A DNA stretch of 64,000 nt from Candidatus Latescibacterota bacterium. GTDB taxonomy: Bacteria > Latescibacterota > UBA2968 > UBA8231. The DNA lies in NCBI GenBank assembly GCA_965208105.1, contig OZ242318.1:2272001-2336000 (forward strand), given 5' to 3'. Position 1 is the stretch's first letter; each line of letters begins with the position of its first letter. The notes beneath the pieces are model-generated. The model had not been told where the DNA came from. It saw only the letters and a program-made list of their open reading frames with translations, and searched no databases. A program made the translations under genes and the position numbers. This document shows, one piece after another, positions 10,148 through 20,659 of the stretch.

Positions 10148-12556
10148 ATGCTAACCAACTACCTTGTTACGGCCATACGCCATCTTTTCAAGCACAAGGT
10201 CTACACCCTGATAAATATCTCGGGGCTGGCAACTGGCATTGCCTCATGCTTATTGGCCTTCCTTTATGTCTACAGCGAATCGAGGTACGACGTATTTCAC
10301 CAACACGCCGACAACATCTATCGAATTTATGAAAAAACGAAATCCCCCCAGGGCAGCGTATCCTACCACGCGCAAACCTCAAACCCCCTGGGCAACGCCC
10401 TTAAAAGCCATAATCCCGGTCTGGCCGTAGCTCGCCTGTATGAGAAAGAAGGATGGCTCGCGCGCAACGGCCGTGCCTTCAAGGAGAAAATCCTCTTCAT
10501 CGACCCGGAATTTTTCGACATCTTCACCTTCTCCCTCGAGCGCGGGAATTTCCGCTCCCCTCTGCCCAACCTCAACTCCCTGCTCATCAGCGAGAAGATG
10601 GCCGAAAAGTACTTCGGCGACTCCGACCCCATTGGACAGGTACTGACCATCGACAGCCACTACGACCTCACAGTCACGGGGGTATTGCAGCCGGCGCCGG
10701 AAAATTCCAGCATTCGCTTCGACTTTCTGGCCCCTTTCGCTGCCCTGGTCAAGGTGGATCCAGAGATTCGAGAAGAGATTCAGGAGGCTTGGGGGTCATT
10801 GGGCACATATACCTACGTGCGGTGCTCGGACACTTTTACGGCCCGCGAGCTCCAGGCGGAACTGGACCGCATTAAAAAGATATATTTGCCGGAGTTCTTG
10901 AAGGAGAGGATCGAATTTCTCGTACAGCCGCTGACCAGCGTTCACCTCACCCCCGGCATCATGGGGGAAATGGTCGAGGGTAACACCACCCTGACTCTGT
11001 ACACCGTTCTGGTGATTGCTCTCTCCATTTTGCTCATTGCCTGTTTCAACTATTTGAACCTGTCCACCGCGCTCTACGAAGAGCGGTCGAAAGAAATCGG
11101 CCTGCGCAAGGTTTTCGGTGCTTACCGTCCCCAGCTCATTCTACAGTTCCTGGGTGAGACCGCTTTTCTGAGTTTTGTCTCCCTGGCTGTCGGCATTGTG
11201 CTGGTGGAACTGGTCCTTCCAGGTTTTAACGCGGTCATGGGCACGCACCTGCTCCTGGTGGATGCGCTGGATCCGTCCAAGGTTGCGGCGGTCGTCGCTC
11301 TCGGCCTTTTGATCACCCTGTGCGCCGGCATGTATCCCGCCTTTATTCTCTCCTCTTTCCAGCCCATGTCCGCCTTCAAGCAACGCCAGAAAACGCAAAG
11401 GAACAGATTCACCCTCCGCCAGGTGCTGATCTTCATCCAATTCGCCATCGTTATAGCTCTGCTCATCTGCGAGTCGGTCATCATCGCACAGGTGAACTTC
11501 ATGCAGGCCAAGAATCTGGGTTTCAACCCCGACCGGGTGGTCGTCGTTCCGACCACCTCGACATCCCGTGCAGACTCGGCCAAAATCGCCAACTACGCAC
11601 ACACCCTGCACGTCAACGGCAGCCGGGTGGGGATTCAGTCCGTGAGCGTATCGGAAGATGTTCCGGGCCTTAACTTCCGCAACACCTTTGGGATCATACC
11701 AGAGGGTTGGGACGACGAGGACCCGCTGGTTATGGTGGTCACCGCCATAGACGGCAACTTCCTCGATCAGTACGAGATAGGGATCGCCGAGGGGCGCAAC
11801 TTCTCGCCGAGCTTCGCCACCGACACGAAGCGGTCGGTCCTTCTGAACGAGGCGGCGATGCGCAAGATCGGCTGGTCTTTCGCCGTGGGAAAGAGCATCA
11901 GATACGTGCATGACTACGAGGATTTAAGCGTCGTGGGCGTAGTGAAAAACAGCCATTTTCGCTCCCTCCACAACGAAATAGAGCCTCTGGTTTATCGCTT
12001 CGCTGACGACGTTTACCGGACAAACTATATCTCAGTTAAAATTAGCGACAGGAATATTCCATCTGCCCTTCTCTTCATGGAGAGACAATGGTCGAATGTG
12101 CTTGGAGACACCCCTTTCGAGTATTTTTTCTTGAGTGATGCATTGCGCGCCAACTACGAGGTAGACGAAAAGACGGCCTGGATTGTCGGCGGTTTCTCTT
12201 GCCTGGCCATCCTCCTCAGCGTTATTGGCCTGCTGGGATCGACGGCCCTTAACGTCACTCAAAGGACGAAGGAGATCGGAATACGCAAAGCATTGGGCGC
12301 CTCGGCCACACAAATCGTCCTTTTGATTTCCAGGGACTATTCCTGGCAGGTCGCTATCGCCACCTTGATCGCCTGGCCAGTGGCCTTCTATGCGATGAGA
12401 GACTGGTTGCAGGGGTACGCGTATCGGATCGATTTGGGACCGGGAGTCTTTGTCTTCTGCGAGGTGGTAGTAGTGCTGATAACCTTTTTGGCTATCGCGT
12501 CCCAGGTGCTCAAGGTCGCCATGGCCACTACCATTAAAGCATTGCGCTACGAATAG
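10148..12556 (+). CDS. MacB/FtsX-like ABC permease
   Basis: MLTNYLVTAIR, EIGLRKVFGA, EIGIRKALGA, ALRYE. Confidence 0.92.
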   Translation: MLTNYLVTAIRHLFKHKVYTLINISGLATGIASCLLAFLYVYSESRYDVFHQHADNIYRIYEKTKSPQGSVSYHAQTSNPLGNALKSHNPGLAVARLYEKEGWLARNGRAFKEKILFIDPEFFDIFTFSLERGNFRSPLPNLNSLLISEKMAEKYFGDSDPIGQVLTIDSHYDLTVTGVLQPAPENSSIRFDFLAPFAALVKVDPEIREEIQEAWGSLGTYTYVRCSDTFTARELQAELDRIKKIYLPEFLKERIEFLVQPLTSVHLTPGIMGEMVEGNTTLTLYTVLVIALSILLIACFNYLNLSTALYEERSKEIGLRKVFGAYRPQLILQFLGETAFLSFVSLAVGIVLVELVLPGFNAVMGTHLLLVDALDPSKVAAVVALGLLITLCAGMYPAFILSSFQPMSAFKQRQKTQRNRFTLRQVLIFIQFAIVIALLICESVIIAQVNFMQAKNLGFNPDRVVVVPTTSTSRADSAKIANYAHTLHVNGSRVGIQSVSVSEDVPGLNFRNTFGIIPEGWDDEDPLVMVVTAIDGNFLDQYEIGIAEGRNFSPSFATDTKRSVLLNEAAMRKIGWSFAVGKSIRYVHDYEDLSVVGVVKNSHFRSLHNEIEPLVYRFADDVYRTNYISVKISDRNIPSALLFMERQWSNVLGDTPFEYFFLSDALRANYEVDEKTAWIVGGFSCLAILLSVIGLLGSTALNVTQRTKEIGIRKALGASATQIVLLISRDYSWQVAIATLIAWPVAFYAMRDWLQGYAYRIDLGPGVFVFCEVVVVLITFLAIASQVLKVAMATTIKALRYE

Positions 12557-12621
12557 ACCCATAGCACCAGGAACTTGACGGAAACCGAGGCGGCCGGCCA
12601 CATTTTTGAAGGAGGAAAACG

Positions 12622-13737
12622 ATGACAACGAAACGCTTGTTGTTGAGCTCAATGCTTAGCGTGCTGGCGCTGGTGGCAGCGGCGCGGTTACCGGCCCAGG
12701 AGGTGGAGCGGCTGCGCGGATCGGAGGTTGCGGTCTACAACCTGGCGGGGCGCATGGAGATCGTCGCCGGAGAGGGCACCGACGTGGTGGTGCACGTCAG
12801 CCGCGGCGTCGACGACGCTGCCGCGTTACGCATCGAAACCGGCGAGATCCGCGGTCGCCAGACCCTGCGCGTCGTTTATCCGGGCGACGAGATCGTCTAT
12901 CCGGAGCTCGGCCGCCGTGCTAGCACGAAGGTGAGGGTAGGCGACGACGGCACCTTTTCAGATGGAAGCGGGGGAGGAGACCGGGTCACCATCCGGGGTT
13001 CCGGAGACGGAATCGAAGCCTGGGCCGACCTGGTGATCGAGTTGCCGCCCGGGCAGCGTGCAGCGGCCTTCCTTGGAGGAGGCACCATCGACGCGCGCGG
13101 AGTCCGCGGCCGCCTGGAAATCCGCACAGGAGTGGGGGCCGTGACGGCGACAGACATGACCGGCGCCCTTGCCATCGACACCGGCTCGGGGCAGGTGCGG
13201 GTGAGCGCCATGAGTGGAGACCTGAGCGTCGATACCGGAGCGGGAAGTATCCACGTCGAGAACCATAGTGGAGGCGAAAAAATCGAGCTCGACACCGGGT
13301 CGGGAGACATCGAGGTCAAAAACCTGAGGGATGGCGGCGATGTCGAGATCGATACCGGATCGGGGAGCGTGAGCACTCGCGGGCTGCATGCCCGTCGCTT
13401 GCTCGTGGACACCGGAGCCGGCAGTGTGGACCTGGAGGGTGTCGCGGCGCCCGAAATCGAGGTCGACACCGGAGCCGGGTCGGTGGAGTTGGAGCTCCTC
13501 ACCGACGTCGACGCTCTCGAGGTCGATACCGGGGCGGGGTCGGTCACCGTATCGGTTCCCGCCGAGCTTGGTGCCACCGTCGAGATCGACAGCGGCATCG
13601 GCGGCATTGACGTAGACGGCGTAATCATGGAAAAGCTCTCCATGCAGCGGGACCATGTCAGCGGCCGCATCGGCGACGGCAGCGGCAAGATCGCCATCGA
13701 TACCGGCGCCGGCAGCGTGCGCCTGGTGGGTAAATGA
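12622..13737 (+). CDS. Secreted DUF4097-like beta-strand repeat protein
   Basis: Signal peptide; 8 [IVL]DTG[SA]G repeats plus variants. Confidence 0.8.
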   Translation: MTTKRLLLSSMLSVLALVAAARLPAQEVERLRGSEVAVYNLAGRMEIVAGEGTDVVVHVSRGVDDAAALRIETGEIRGRQTLRVVYPGDEIVYPELGRRASTKVRVGDDGTFSDGSGGGDRVTIRGSGDGIEAWADLVIELPPGQRAAAFLGGGTIDARGVRGRLEIRTGVGAVTATDMTGALAIDTGSGQVRVSAMSGDLSVDTGAGSIHVENHSGGEKIELDTGSGDIEVKNLRDGGDVEIDTGSGSVSTRGLHARRLLVDTGAGSVDLEGVAAPEIEVDTGAGSVELELLTDVDALEVDTGAGSVTVSVPAELGATVEIDSGIGGIDVDGVIMEKLSMQRDHVSGRIGDGSGKIAIDTGAGSVRLVGK

Positions 13738-13788
13738 ACCTCGCGCTTTCGGCGGACAAGGACTTGACCTGTCCGAGGAGGAAAACAG

Positions 13789-15021
13789 TTGGCGAATCTG
13801 GCAATCAACGGCGGAACTCCGCTCCTGGCCCGGAGGCTGCAGCCGCGCTGGCCCATATTCGGCGAGGCGGAGAAGGAGGGGCTGCTCGAGGTGCTGCACA
13901 GCGGGCGCTGGTGCAGCATGGGCAACAGCGAGGGCAAGGTGGCACAGTTCGAGCGCAGCTTCGCCCGGTTCATCGGCACCGAATACGCCACCGCCGTTCC
14001 CACCGGGACCGACGCCCTCGAGCTCGCCTTCAGGTCATGCGGCCTGGAAGCCGGCGACGAGGTCATCGTCCCGGCGGTGACTTTCATCGCCTCTGCTTCA
14101 GCCGTGGTGCTGGCTTCGGGTGTGCCGGTATTCGTCGACGTCGACCCCGAAACCTACCAGATCTCCCCCGAGGCGGCCGAAGCCGCCATCACCTCCCGCA
14201 CCAGGGCCATCGAAGTGGTCCACTACGGCGGCTACCCCGCCGACATGGACCGCATCATGGAGATCGCCGAAAAGCACGGCCTCCTGGTGGTGGAGGACTG
14301 CGCCGAGGCCCATGGCTCGGAGTGGAGAGGGAAGAAGGTCGGCTCCTTCGGCTCCATGGGCTGCTTCAGCTTTCAGATGGGCAAGCCCCTGACCTGCGGC
14401 GAGGGCGGCGCCGTCACCTACAGCGACGAGGAGCTGGCGCTGCAGTGCTACTCCTGGTCCCGGCTGGGACGCAGGCCCGGAGGTGAACAGTACGAGCACC
14501 ACATCCCGGCGGGAAATTTCCGCATGTCCGAGTTCCTCGGCGCCATTCTCCTGAGCCAGCTCGACCGCCTGGAGGAACAGACCCGGCTGCGACACGAGAA
14601 CGGCGAGTACCTCGCCCACGAGTTGGAAAAGATAGAGGGCATTTCCGCCTTGAAGAGGGACCCCAGGGTGACCGGGAGGGGATACTACTTCTATTTCATG
14701 CGCTACGACTCCTCCGGGTGGAACCAGGTACACCGCGACAGATTCATGGCCGCCCTCGAGGCCGAGGGCATTCCCTGCGGCACGGCGCACAGCTCCCCGC
14801 TCTACCGGAATCCCGCCTTCCGCGACATTAAGAAGAGCCTGCTGCACCGCAGCCAGATCGACTATTCCACCATGCGATGCCCCGAAGCCGAGCGCATCTA
14901 CGCCAACGAGGTGGTGGCCCTGACCAAGGACCTGCTCCTGCAAAAGGAGGACGTGGACAAGGTCCTGGAGGGGATAGTCAAGCTGCGCGAAAACCTGGAT
15001 GAGTTGAGCGCCCCCTCCTGA
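13789..15021 (+). CDS. DegT/DnrJ/EryC1/StrS PLP aminotransferase
   Basis: LAINGG, GDEVIVPA, EDCAEAHG, FSFQMGKPLTCGEGG; TTG start after GAGGAGG. Confidence 0.92.
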   Translation: MANLAINGGTPLLARRLQPRWPIFGEAEKEGLLEVLHSGRWCSMGNSEGKVAQFERSFARFIGTEYATAVPTGTDALELAFRSCGLEAGDEVIVPAVTFIASASAVVLASGVPVFVDVDPETYQISPEAAEAAITSRTRAIEVVHYGGYPADMDRIMEIAEKHGLLVVEDCAEAHGSEWRGKKVGSFGSMGCFSFQMGKPLTCGEGGAVTYSDEELALQCYSWSRLGRRPGGEQYEHHIPAGNFRMSEFLGAILLSQLDRLEEQTRLRHENGEYLAHELEKIEGISALKRDPRVTGRGYYFYFMRYDSSGWNQVHRDRFMAALEAEGIPCGTAHSSPLYRNPAFRDIKKSLLHRSQIDYSTMRCPEAERIYANEVVALTKDLLLQKEDVDKVLEGIVKLRENLDELSAPS

Positions 15022-15147
15022 TTGCGGCGACCATGCCCATCTCTTGATGGGGGGCAAGCAAATTCCTACCCTAAAAATTGGATCCGCCGCAAAGGCGAGC
15101 CTGGACCAGGCGGAGTCTCGCAGGAAACAGGAAAAGGAGGAAGTCTC

Positions 15148-15897
15148 TTGCTCTCTTCCGGCCTCGCTTCGGTCACCTTCAGAAAGCTGTCCCCGGCGCG
15201 GATCATCGACCTCGTGGTCCAGGGCGGGCTCGACGGCATCGAATGGGGCGGGGACGTCCACGTGCCCCACGGCGACCTTGCCGCGGCGCGCCAGGTGCGG
15301 CGCATGACCCTCGACGCCGGACTGGAGGTACTTGCCTACGGCTCCTACTACCGGGTCGGCGACGACGATCCGGCCACCTTCGAGCCCATCCTGAGCACCG
15401 CCGTCGAGCTCGGCGCCCCGACCCTGAGGGTGTGGTGCGGCAGCCGCGCCTCCGCCGACGCCGACTCCGGATACCGCGGCCTCGTCGCCCGGGACTCGCG
15501 CCGGATAGCCTCCCTCGGCGCGGCCAGTGGGGTCTTCGTCGCCTACGAGTACCACATCGGCACCCTGACCGATACCCCCGCCTCGGCCAGGACGCTGCTG
15601 GAGACGGTCGCGCACGAGAATCTGGGGACCTACTGGCAGGTCTACGGCAACGCCGAGCAGGCCCTGCATTCCCTCGACACCATACTTCCCTGGCTGCGCA
15701 ACGTCCACGCCTACCACACCGTCGAAGGGGAGCGCAGGCTCATGGCCGAGCGCCGGGAGGACTGGGAGCGCTACCTCCGCAAGATAGAATCCAGCGGACG
15801 CGACCACGCGGTGATGGTGGAGTTCGTCAGGGACGAGTCGCCCAAGATCTTCCTGCAGGAAGCCGAGACTTTGAGGGGCTGGATCCGGTCCTCCTAG
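15148..15897 (+). CDS. Xylose-isomerase-like TIM barrel sugar phosphate isomerase/epimerase
   Basis: SVTFR, IEWGGDVH, YGSYY, EYH, NVH, EF motifs; TTG start after AAGGAGG. Confidence 0.85.
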   Translation: MLSSGLASVTFRKLSPARIIDLVVQGGLDGIEWGGDVHVPHGDLAAARQVRRMTLDAGLEVLAYGSYYRVGDDDPATFEPILSTAVELGAPTLRVWCGSRASADADSGYRGLVARDSRRIASLGAASGVFVAYEYHIGTLTDTPASARTLLETVAHENLGTYWQVYGNAEQALHSLDTILPWLRNVHAYHTVEGERRLMAERREDWERYLRKIESSGRDHAVMVEFVRDESPKIFLQEAETLRGWIRSS

Positions 15898-15996
15898 CTG
15901 CCGCGGGAGAAGCGGGAATCGCTCGAGTTCGCCCCATTCACCCACGTCAAATACATCTCAAGCTGGAAGTCGTTACCCTGAACCGAGGAGCCCGAA

Positions 15997-17106
15997 ATGA
16001 GCGATAATGGCAGGGAAGTCGAGGACCGCGGATCGCGGATTCGCGTAGAAGGGCTGCGCGCCATTCCCGTGGGACCCAAGGGCTACGTCAAGATCGAGAC
16101 CAACATGGGAGTGGCGGGGTGGGGCGAGATCAACAATGTCGAAACGCAGGTGGCCTGCGCCCTCGCCGGCTCGCTGGGCAGGCTGCTGGAGGGCGAAAAT
16201 CCGACCCGCATCGAGCATCTCTGGCAGCTGCTGTTCAGGGCCCACCGAAACCTGCGCGGCGGCGGCTTGATGCTGCACGTGATCGCGGCCATCGATATGG
16301 CCCTGTGGGACATCGCCGGCAAGCTCTACGGGGTTCCGGTCTACCGTCTCCTCGGCGGCCCCTGCCGCGACAAGATCTGGATGTATCCGAGTCCGAAGGC
16401 GGTCAAGATCGGTCCCGGGGGCTCGCATCCCTTTGCCGGCACTCCTGCGCAGATCGAGCGTCTGGTCCGCGAGGTGCACCGGGCGCGCGAGAAGGTCGGC
16501 CCCGACGGCGCCGTGATGTTCGACGCCCACAGTTGCCTGCCCCCTCCCATCGTAGCCCAGTTCGCGTCACACCTGGAGGCCGACGACCTTCTCTTTCTGG
16601 AGGAAGCGTGGGTGCCCGGCAACATCGAGGTCATGCGCAAGGTGCGCGAGTCGGTGAGCGTACCTCTGGCCACCGGCGAGCGCGACCGCACGATCTGGGA
16701 GGTCCGCGAGATTCTCGAAGCCCAGGTGATCGACGTGCTGCAGCCGGATTGCGGCCACGGCGGCGGCATCAGCCAGATGAAGAAAGTAGCCGCCCTTGCC
16801 GAAGCCCATCACGTGCCGCTGGCTCCCCATTGCACCATGTCCTATCTGGGTCTCAGCGCCAGCCTGCACGTGGCGGCGTCGGTGCCGTTTTTCCTGATCC
16901 ACGAGGGCTACAGCGACCGGATGAGACCGGGGGTGGCGCACAAGACCTGGGAGATGGACGACGAGGGGTACGTTTCGCTGCCCCAGGGGCCGGGCCTGGG
17001 AGTGGAGGTGGACGAGGAGCGCGCCGTCGCCGTGGGCAAGGATCCGGCCCTGCAGTTCCGCTGGGAAGGCCACTTCCTGGAGGACGGCTCGGTGGCGGAC
17101 TATTGA
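15997..17106 (+). CDS. Mandelate racemase/galactonate dehydratase-like enolase-superfamily enzyme
   Basis: GWGE, IDMALWDIAGK, FDAH, ATGER, QPD, APHC, PGLGVEVDE. Confidence 0.9.
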   Translation: MSDNGREVEDRGSRIRVEGLRAIPVGPKGYVKIETNMGVAGWGEINNVETQVACALAGSLGRLLEGENPTRIEHLWQLLFRAHRNLRGGGLMLHVIAAIDMALWDIAGKLYGVPVYRLLGGPCRDKIWMYPSPKAVKIGPGGSHPFAGTPAQIERLVREVHRAREKVGPDGAVMFDAHSCLPPPIVAQFASHLEADDLLFLEEAWVPGNIEVMRKVRESVSVPLATGERDRTIWEVREILEAQVIDVLQPDCGHGGGISQMKKVAALAEAHHVPLAPHCTMSYLGLSASLHVAASVPFFLIHEGYSDRMRPGVAHKTWEMDDEGYVSLPQGPGLGVEVDEERAVAVGKDPALQFRWEGHFLEDGSVADY

Positions 17107-17315
17107 TTTTGCCCCGGCAGGTCGAACATGCCGGCCGCCGGGCAGGGGCGCCCTATATTGGTGATGCCGGTCTCCCCGTTGCTGCAGGTGAAGCGGGATG
17201 GGATTCCCCCCGCTGGCCCCCTTCCTCGCCTTTACCCCCTGGAATTTTTGGCATATTTTGTCCAAAATCGAGCACCGAAGACCTGGCCAGAACCTCAAAA
17301 AAAGAAGGTGACTCC

Positions 17316-18947
17316 ATGGACGAGCAACGGCAGCAGGCCCGCTGGCGGAGAAGGCGGATCATCTACAACAACGACGGCGACGATGCCCTGGAAGCCCGAT
17401 CCGGGATTGAGCACGAGCACGACGTAGCGGAATCCCTGGCCGTACGCGCCTCGGGGGACCTGGTCCAGGACTTCCTCGACGCCCGCAGCACTCCCCTGAT
17501 CGGATCCCAGGTGGACAGCAACTGGTACGCCAGCTGCATGGCGGGACTCACCTTCTCGCACCACACCAAGCTGGGAGGGTTCTACGGCAAGGAGATTCCC
17601 CTGGAGCTGGTCGAGAACTACGGCCGCGACGCCCTGCAGGTACAACTGGATTTCAGCCGCGAGCACGGCATGGAGGCGGTCTGGGCCCTGCGCATGAACG
17701 ACTGCCACGACGCCTATCCCCCCGGATCGCGCCGCTGGACCTATGGCCTCGCCCCCTTCAAGCGCGAGCACCCCGAGTTCATGATGGGCAAGGAAGGCGA
17801 CTGGGAGAAGAACAACCCGCCCTTTCCCTGGACGCGCCTGGACTTCGCCTTCCCCCAGGTTCGCGACCACATCTTCGCCATCATCGAGGAGGTCGCGCTG
17901 AACTACGACGTGGACTGCATCGGCATGGAGTTCTTCAAATATTACCCTTTGTTCCGCGAGTCATTGCAGGGAGACCCGGTGGAGCCTCAGCACCTGGACC
18001 TGATGAACGATCTCCTGCGCCGCATCCGCCGAATGGCCGACGAGGTCGCCAGGCAACGGGGCCGCCCCCTCCTTCTGGCAGCTCACACACCCTTCAGCGC
18101 CGCCGACTCGCTCCACGTCGGCGTCGACCTGGAGACCTGGCTGGCGGAGGGGCTGATCGACCAGCTCATGCCAGGGGGCAACGCCGAGTCGCCTTTCAGC
18201 AACTCCTACAGCGAAATCATCGCCCTTGGTCACAAGTACGAGGTCCCGGTTTACCCCTGCCTGTCCTGGGGCTTGCAGGACCGCTGGGCTTTTCTCGACC
18301 TCAGCGCCGGCAAATACCGGAACTTCCTCTCCTGGATCGAGACCCTCTACGGCGGCCAGCCGGACCGCCTCGGCAAACCCTCCTACATCCTGGTCTTCAA
18401 CGGCTGGGAAGGCACCTTCCCCGCTTGGCGCGGTGCGGCATTGAACATGTTCAATGCCGGAGCCGACGGCCTCTACCTCTTCAATCCCGCCCTCGGCGAG
18501 CCCCAATGGTGGCGGGAAATCGGCGAGACGAAGACCATGGCCGGGAAAGACAGGATCTACGGGATCACCTCATTCGAGGGCGAGAACAGCTTCAAGGGGG
18601 TCGACAAGCTGACCATTGAGCCTGGATCCAGCGCCGAGGCCACCTTTCAGGTGGGGGAAGATCCGAGAGCCGCCAGGACGGAGAACCTGGATTTCCGCAT
18701 CCACCTTTGGGACCAGGTTGCCGGCGACGACATCGAGGTCAGCCTCAATGGCGGGACCCTCGGCGCCCTGGAACCGGCGGACCCTGGAAGAAGTCCCCGC
18801 GAGGGGCAGTGGCTCCAAGGCAGGCTCGATCCCTCCCAGGTCAGACAGGGAGAGAACCATCTCCAGGTGGTCCTGAAAAAGCGCGGGGAGTCCGCTTCGA
18901 CCGCCCTCGTCCTCGACGCGGTGCAGTTGCGCTTTCGCTGCGGGTAG
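17316..18947 (+). CDS. Putative GHL10/DUF187-like glycoside hydrolase
   Basis: RRRRIIYNNDG, LRMNDCHD, LDFAFPQVRD, YDVDCIGMEF, GADGLYLFN; real start lies inside the long ORF. Confidence 0.7.
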   Translation: MDEQRQQARWRRRRIIYNNDGDDALEARSGIEHEHDVAESLAVRASGDLVQDFLDARSTPLIGSQVDSNWYASCMAGLTFSHHTKLGGFYGKEIPLELVENYGRDALQVQLDFSREHGMEAVWALRMNDCHDAYPPGSRRWTYGLAPFKREHPEFMMGKEGDWEKNNPPFPWTRLDFAFPQVRDHIFAIIEEVALNYDVDCIGMEFFKYYPLFRESLQGDPVEPQHLDLMNDLLRRIRRMADEVARQRGRPLLLAAHTPFSAADSLHVGVDLETWLAEGLIDQLMPGGNAESPFSNSYSEIIALGHKYEVPVYPCLSWGLQDRWAFLDLSAGKYRNFLSWIETLYGGQPDRLGKPSYILVFNGWEGTFPAWRGAALNMFNAGADGLYLFNPALGEPQWWREIGETKTMAGKDRIYGITSFEGENSFKGVDKLTIEPGSSAEATFQVGEDPRAARTENLDFRIHLWDQVAGDDIEVSLNGGTLGALEPADPGRSPREGQWLQGRLDPSQVRQGENHLQVVLKKRGESASTALVLDAVQLRFRCG

Positions 18948-19116
18948 AGGTTGGGAAGCGGCCCGATCCAGGTTGCACCGCCGCAGGTGTCGGCTTAAGA
19001 TTTTTGTCACGCCCCGGTTGGCATTCGGGGCGAGGCCGTCACGGCGAACGGCCCCCAGGCGCACAACTCCGCAGTCCAGTACCTCCCACCCACTGATGCC
19101 AGAATTGGAGGATGCC

Positions 19117-19992
19117 ATGCAAGCGACCCAAGTAAAGATGGAGGGGCATGAAGAGATCCCTTTCATGAACATCGATGAAACCGATTTCGGCGCGCTGACC
19201 CTGGGGCAAAAGATCCGTCATCTGGAGGTGGAAGGATACGTCGTCCTTCCAGACGTGCTCGACCCCGAGTCCATCGAGCGCATCAATGAGCAGATGGCCG
19301 ATGCACCGATGCAGACCAAGGATTACAGCGATGCGCAGACCTACTTTCTGGAACCGCAGTGGCACAGCCAGGCGCTGGCCGAGGTGATCGCAAACCCTCC
19401 GATGATCGAGTTCCTCGAGGTCTTGATGGGGCCGGATATCGTCTTCACCCGCGGGTTCTTCACCCGCACCCTGGCCGGCTCGCCGCCCATCTCACTGCAC
19501 ACCGACGGCCAGCCCTTCGGCTCCTCCATCTTCGGATACGAGGGCAGCTCCCCGCGCCTGCTCCGGGTGCTCTACTACCTGGACGACCTGACCCCCGACC
19601 GCGCTCCCTTCCGCCTGTTGCCGCGCTCCCACCTCTCCTTTCACGCCGAGGCCAATCCCTACGTACGCTACAAGTGGCATCCAGGCGAGATCACCCTGTG
19701 TCCCCGGGCCGGAACAGCGGTGATCATGCCCATCAACCTGTTTCACGGCACCCATCCCAACAAATCCCAATCGCAGCGAACCCTCGTCCAGTTGGGATAC
19801 CGTCCGGCCTGGGCGGGACCGATCAAGCCGATGGAGGAGTGGAACCCCGAGCTGGTGGCCGCGGCGCCCCCGGCTGCGAGGCGTTTTCTGCAGAGCCCGA
19901 ATACAACGGGCCTCGAGTGGGAACAGGCGCACAAGCCCAAGGGAATGAGGACGGACGCCGCCGCCATCGACCCCTGGCGCTGGGACAATTGA
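19117..19992 (+). CDS. PhyH-family Fe(II)/2OG dioxygenase
   Basis: GYVVLP, LHTDG (HxD), YLDDL, FHG; GGAGG RBS. Confidence 0.85.
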   Translation: MQATQVKMEGHEEIPFMNIDETDFGALTLGQKIRHLEVEGYVVLPDVLDPESIERINEQMADAPMQTKDYSDAQTYFLEPQWHSQALAEVIANPPMIEFLEVLMGPDIVFTRGFFTRTLAGSPPISLHTDGQPFGSSIFGYEGSSPRLLRVLYYLDDLTPDRAPFRLLPRSHLSFHAEANPYVRYKWHPGEITLCPRAGTAVIMPINLFHGTHPNKSQSQRTLVQLGYRPAWAGPIKPMEEWNPELVAAAPPAARRFLQSPNTTGLEWEQAHKPKGMRTDAAAIDPWRWDN

Positions 19993-20228
19993 AAAGGGAG
20001 AATCGCCGCGCATGCCCCGCACCAGATCGGCTTAGACACCATCGTAGCCGCCTTCGTCCAATTGCGGCAAATCTTCGTCGACTTCCTCTCTCCTGTGCGC
20101 CGCACCAGGTGCAGGGCATCTTTCTCAAAACCGACCATGCACTCCTCGAATACATAGTGGCGGCGGCGAGACGGTGGAGACCCACTTTGCTGAAAATGCC
20201 GCTTTGTTCAGCGCGGTGATGAACCGGC

Positions 20229-20620
20229 TCAAAGCGCCATCTCCCACACATCCAGCGATGCCAACCGTATCTTGCCTCCATAGGCGAAGATTCCGATCCT
20301 GTCGCTCCGCGGGTCCGAGGGATAGACCCTGTGGGTCAGCGCTACTCCATTTTCCGCAAAAATCTCCAGAACTGAACGATCGAGGAACACATCGAGGACG
20401 ACCGTGTCGCCGCGAGCTGTGAACGATGTTTGGCTGTCGCCCGGCGCCGCCGGCCCTGCCCCCATACTCAAATTTTCAGATAAGGTGCGGTTCGCCACCA
20501 CCAGCATTTCCCGAGTCCGATCGATCGTGATCAGCGTGAACTCACGAAAATCGGGAGCGCAGAACACGACGAGTCCGCCCTGTTTGGCAGAGCACAACTC
20601 GAGTTTTGCGAGAATCTCGA
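20229..20620 (-). pseudogene. GH32 C-terminal domain remnant
   Basis: LDVFLDRSVLEIFAENG..LTHRVYP..LDVWEM without the catalytic propeller. Confidence 0.65.
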
Positions 20621-20659
20621 CACTGGTCCCGCATATGTTCTCGAAGATCTTCACAGCGC

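Noticed and set aside
13170-13720. Periodic GACACCGG repeats as a CRISPR array
   Set aside because: In-frame coding repeats (DTGxG) of the DUF4097-like protein
14098-15945. 615-aa minus-strand ORF and many similar antisense ORFs
   Set aside because: Antisense shadows of high-GC genes with no motifs
16119-17315. N-terminal 399 aa of the 942-aa ORF as a real protein or fusion
   Set aside because: Off-frame overlap with the dehydratase and Arg/Gly/Pro-rich shadow composition; the real gene starts at 17316
19993-20228. Possible decayed plus-strand gene
   Set aside because: Needs several frameshifts and no family is recognisable
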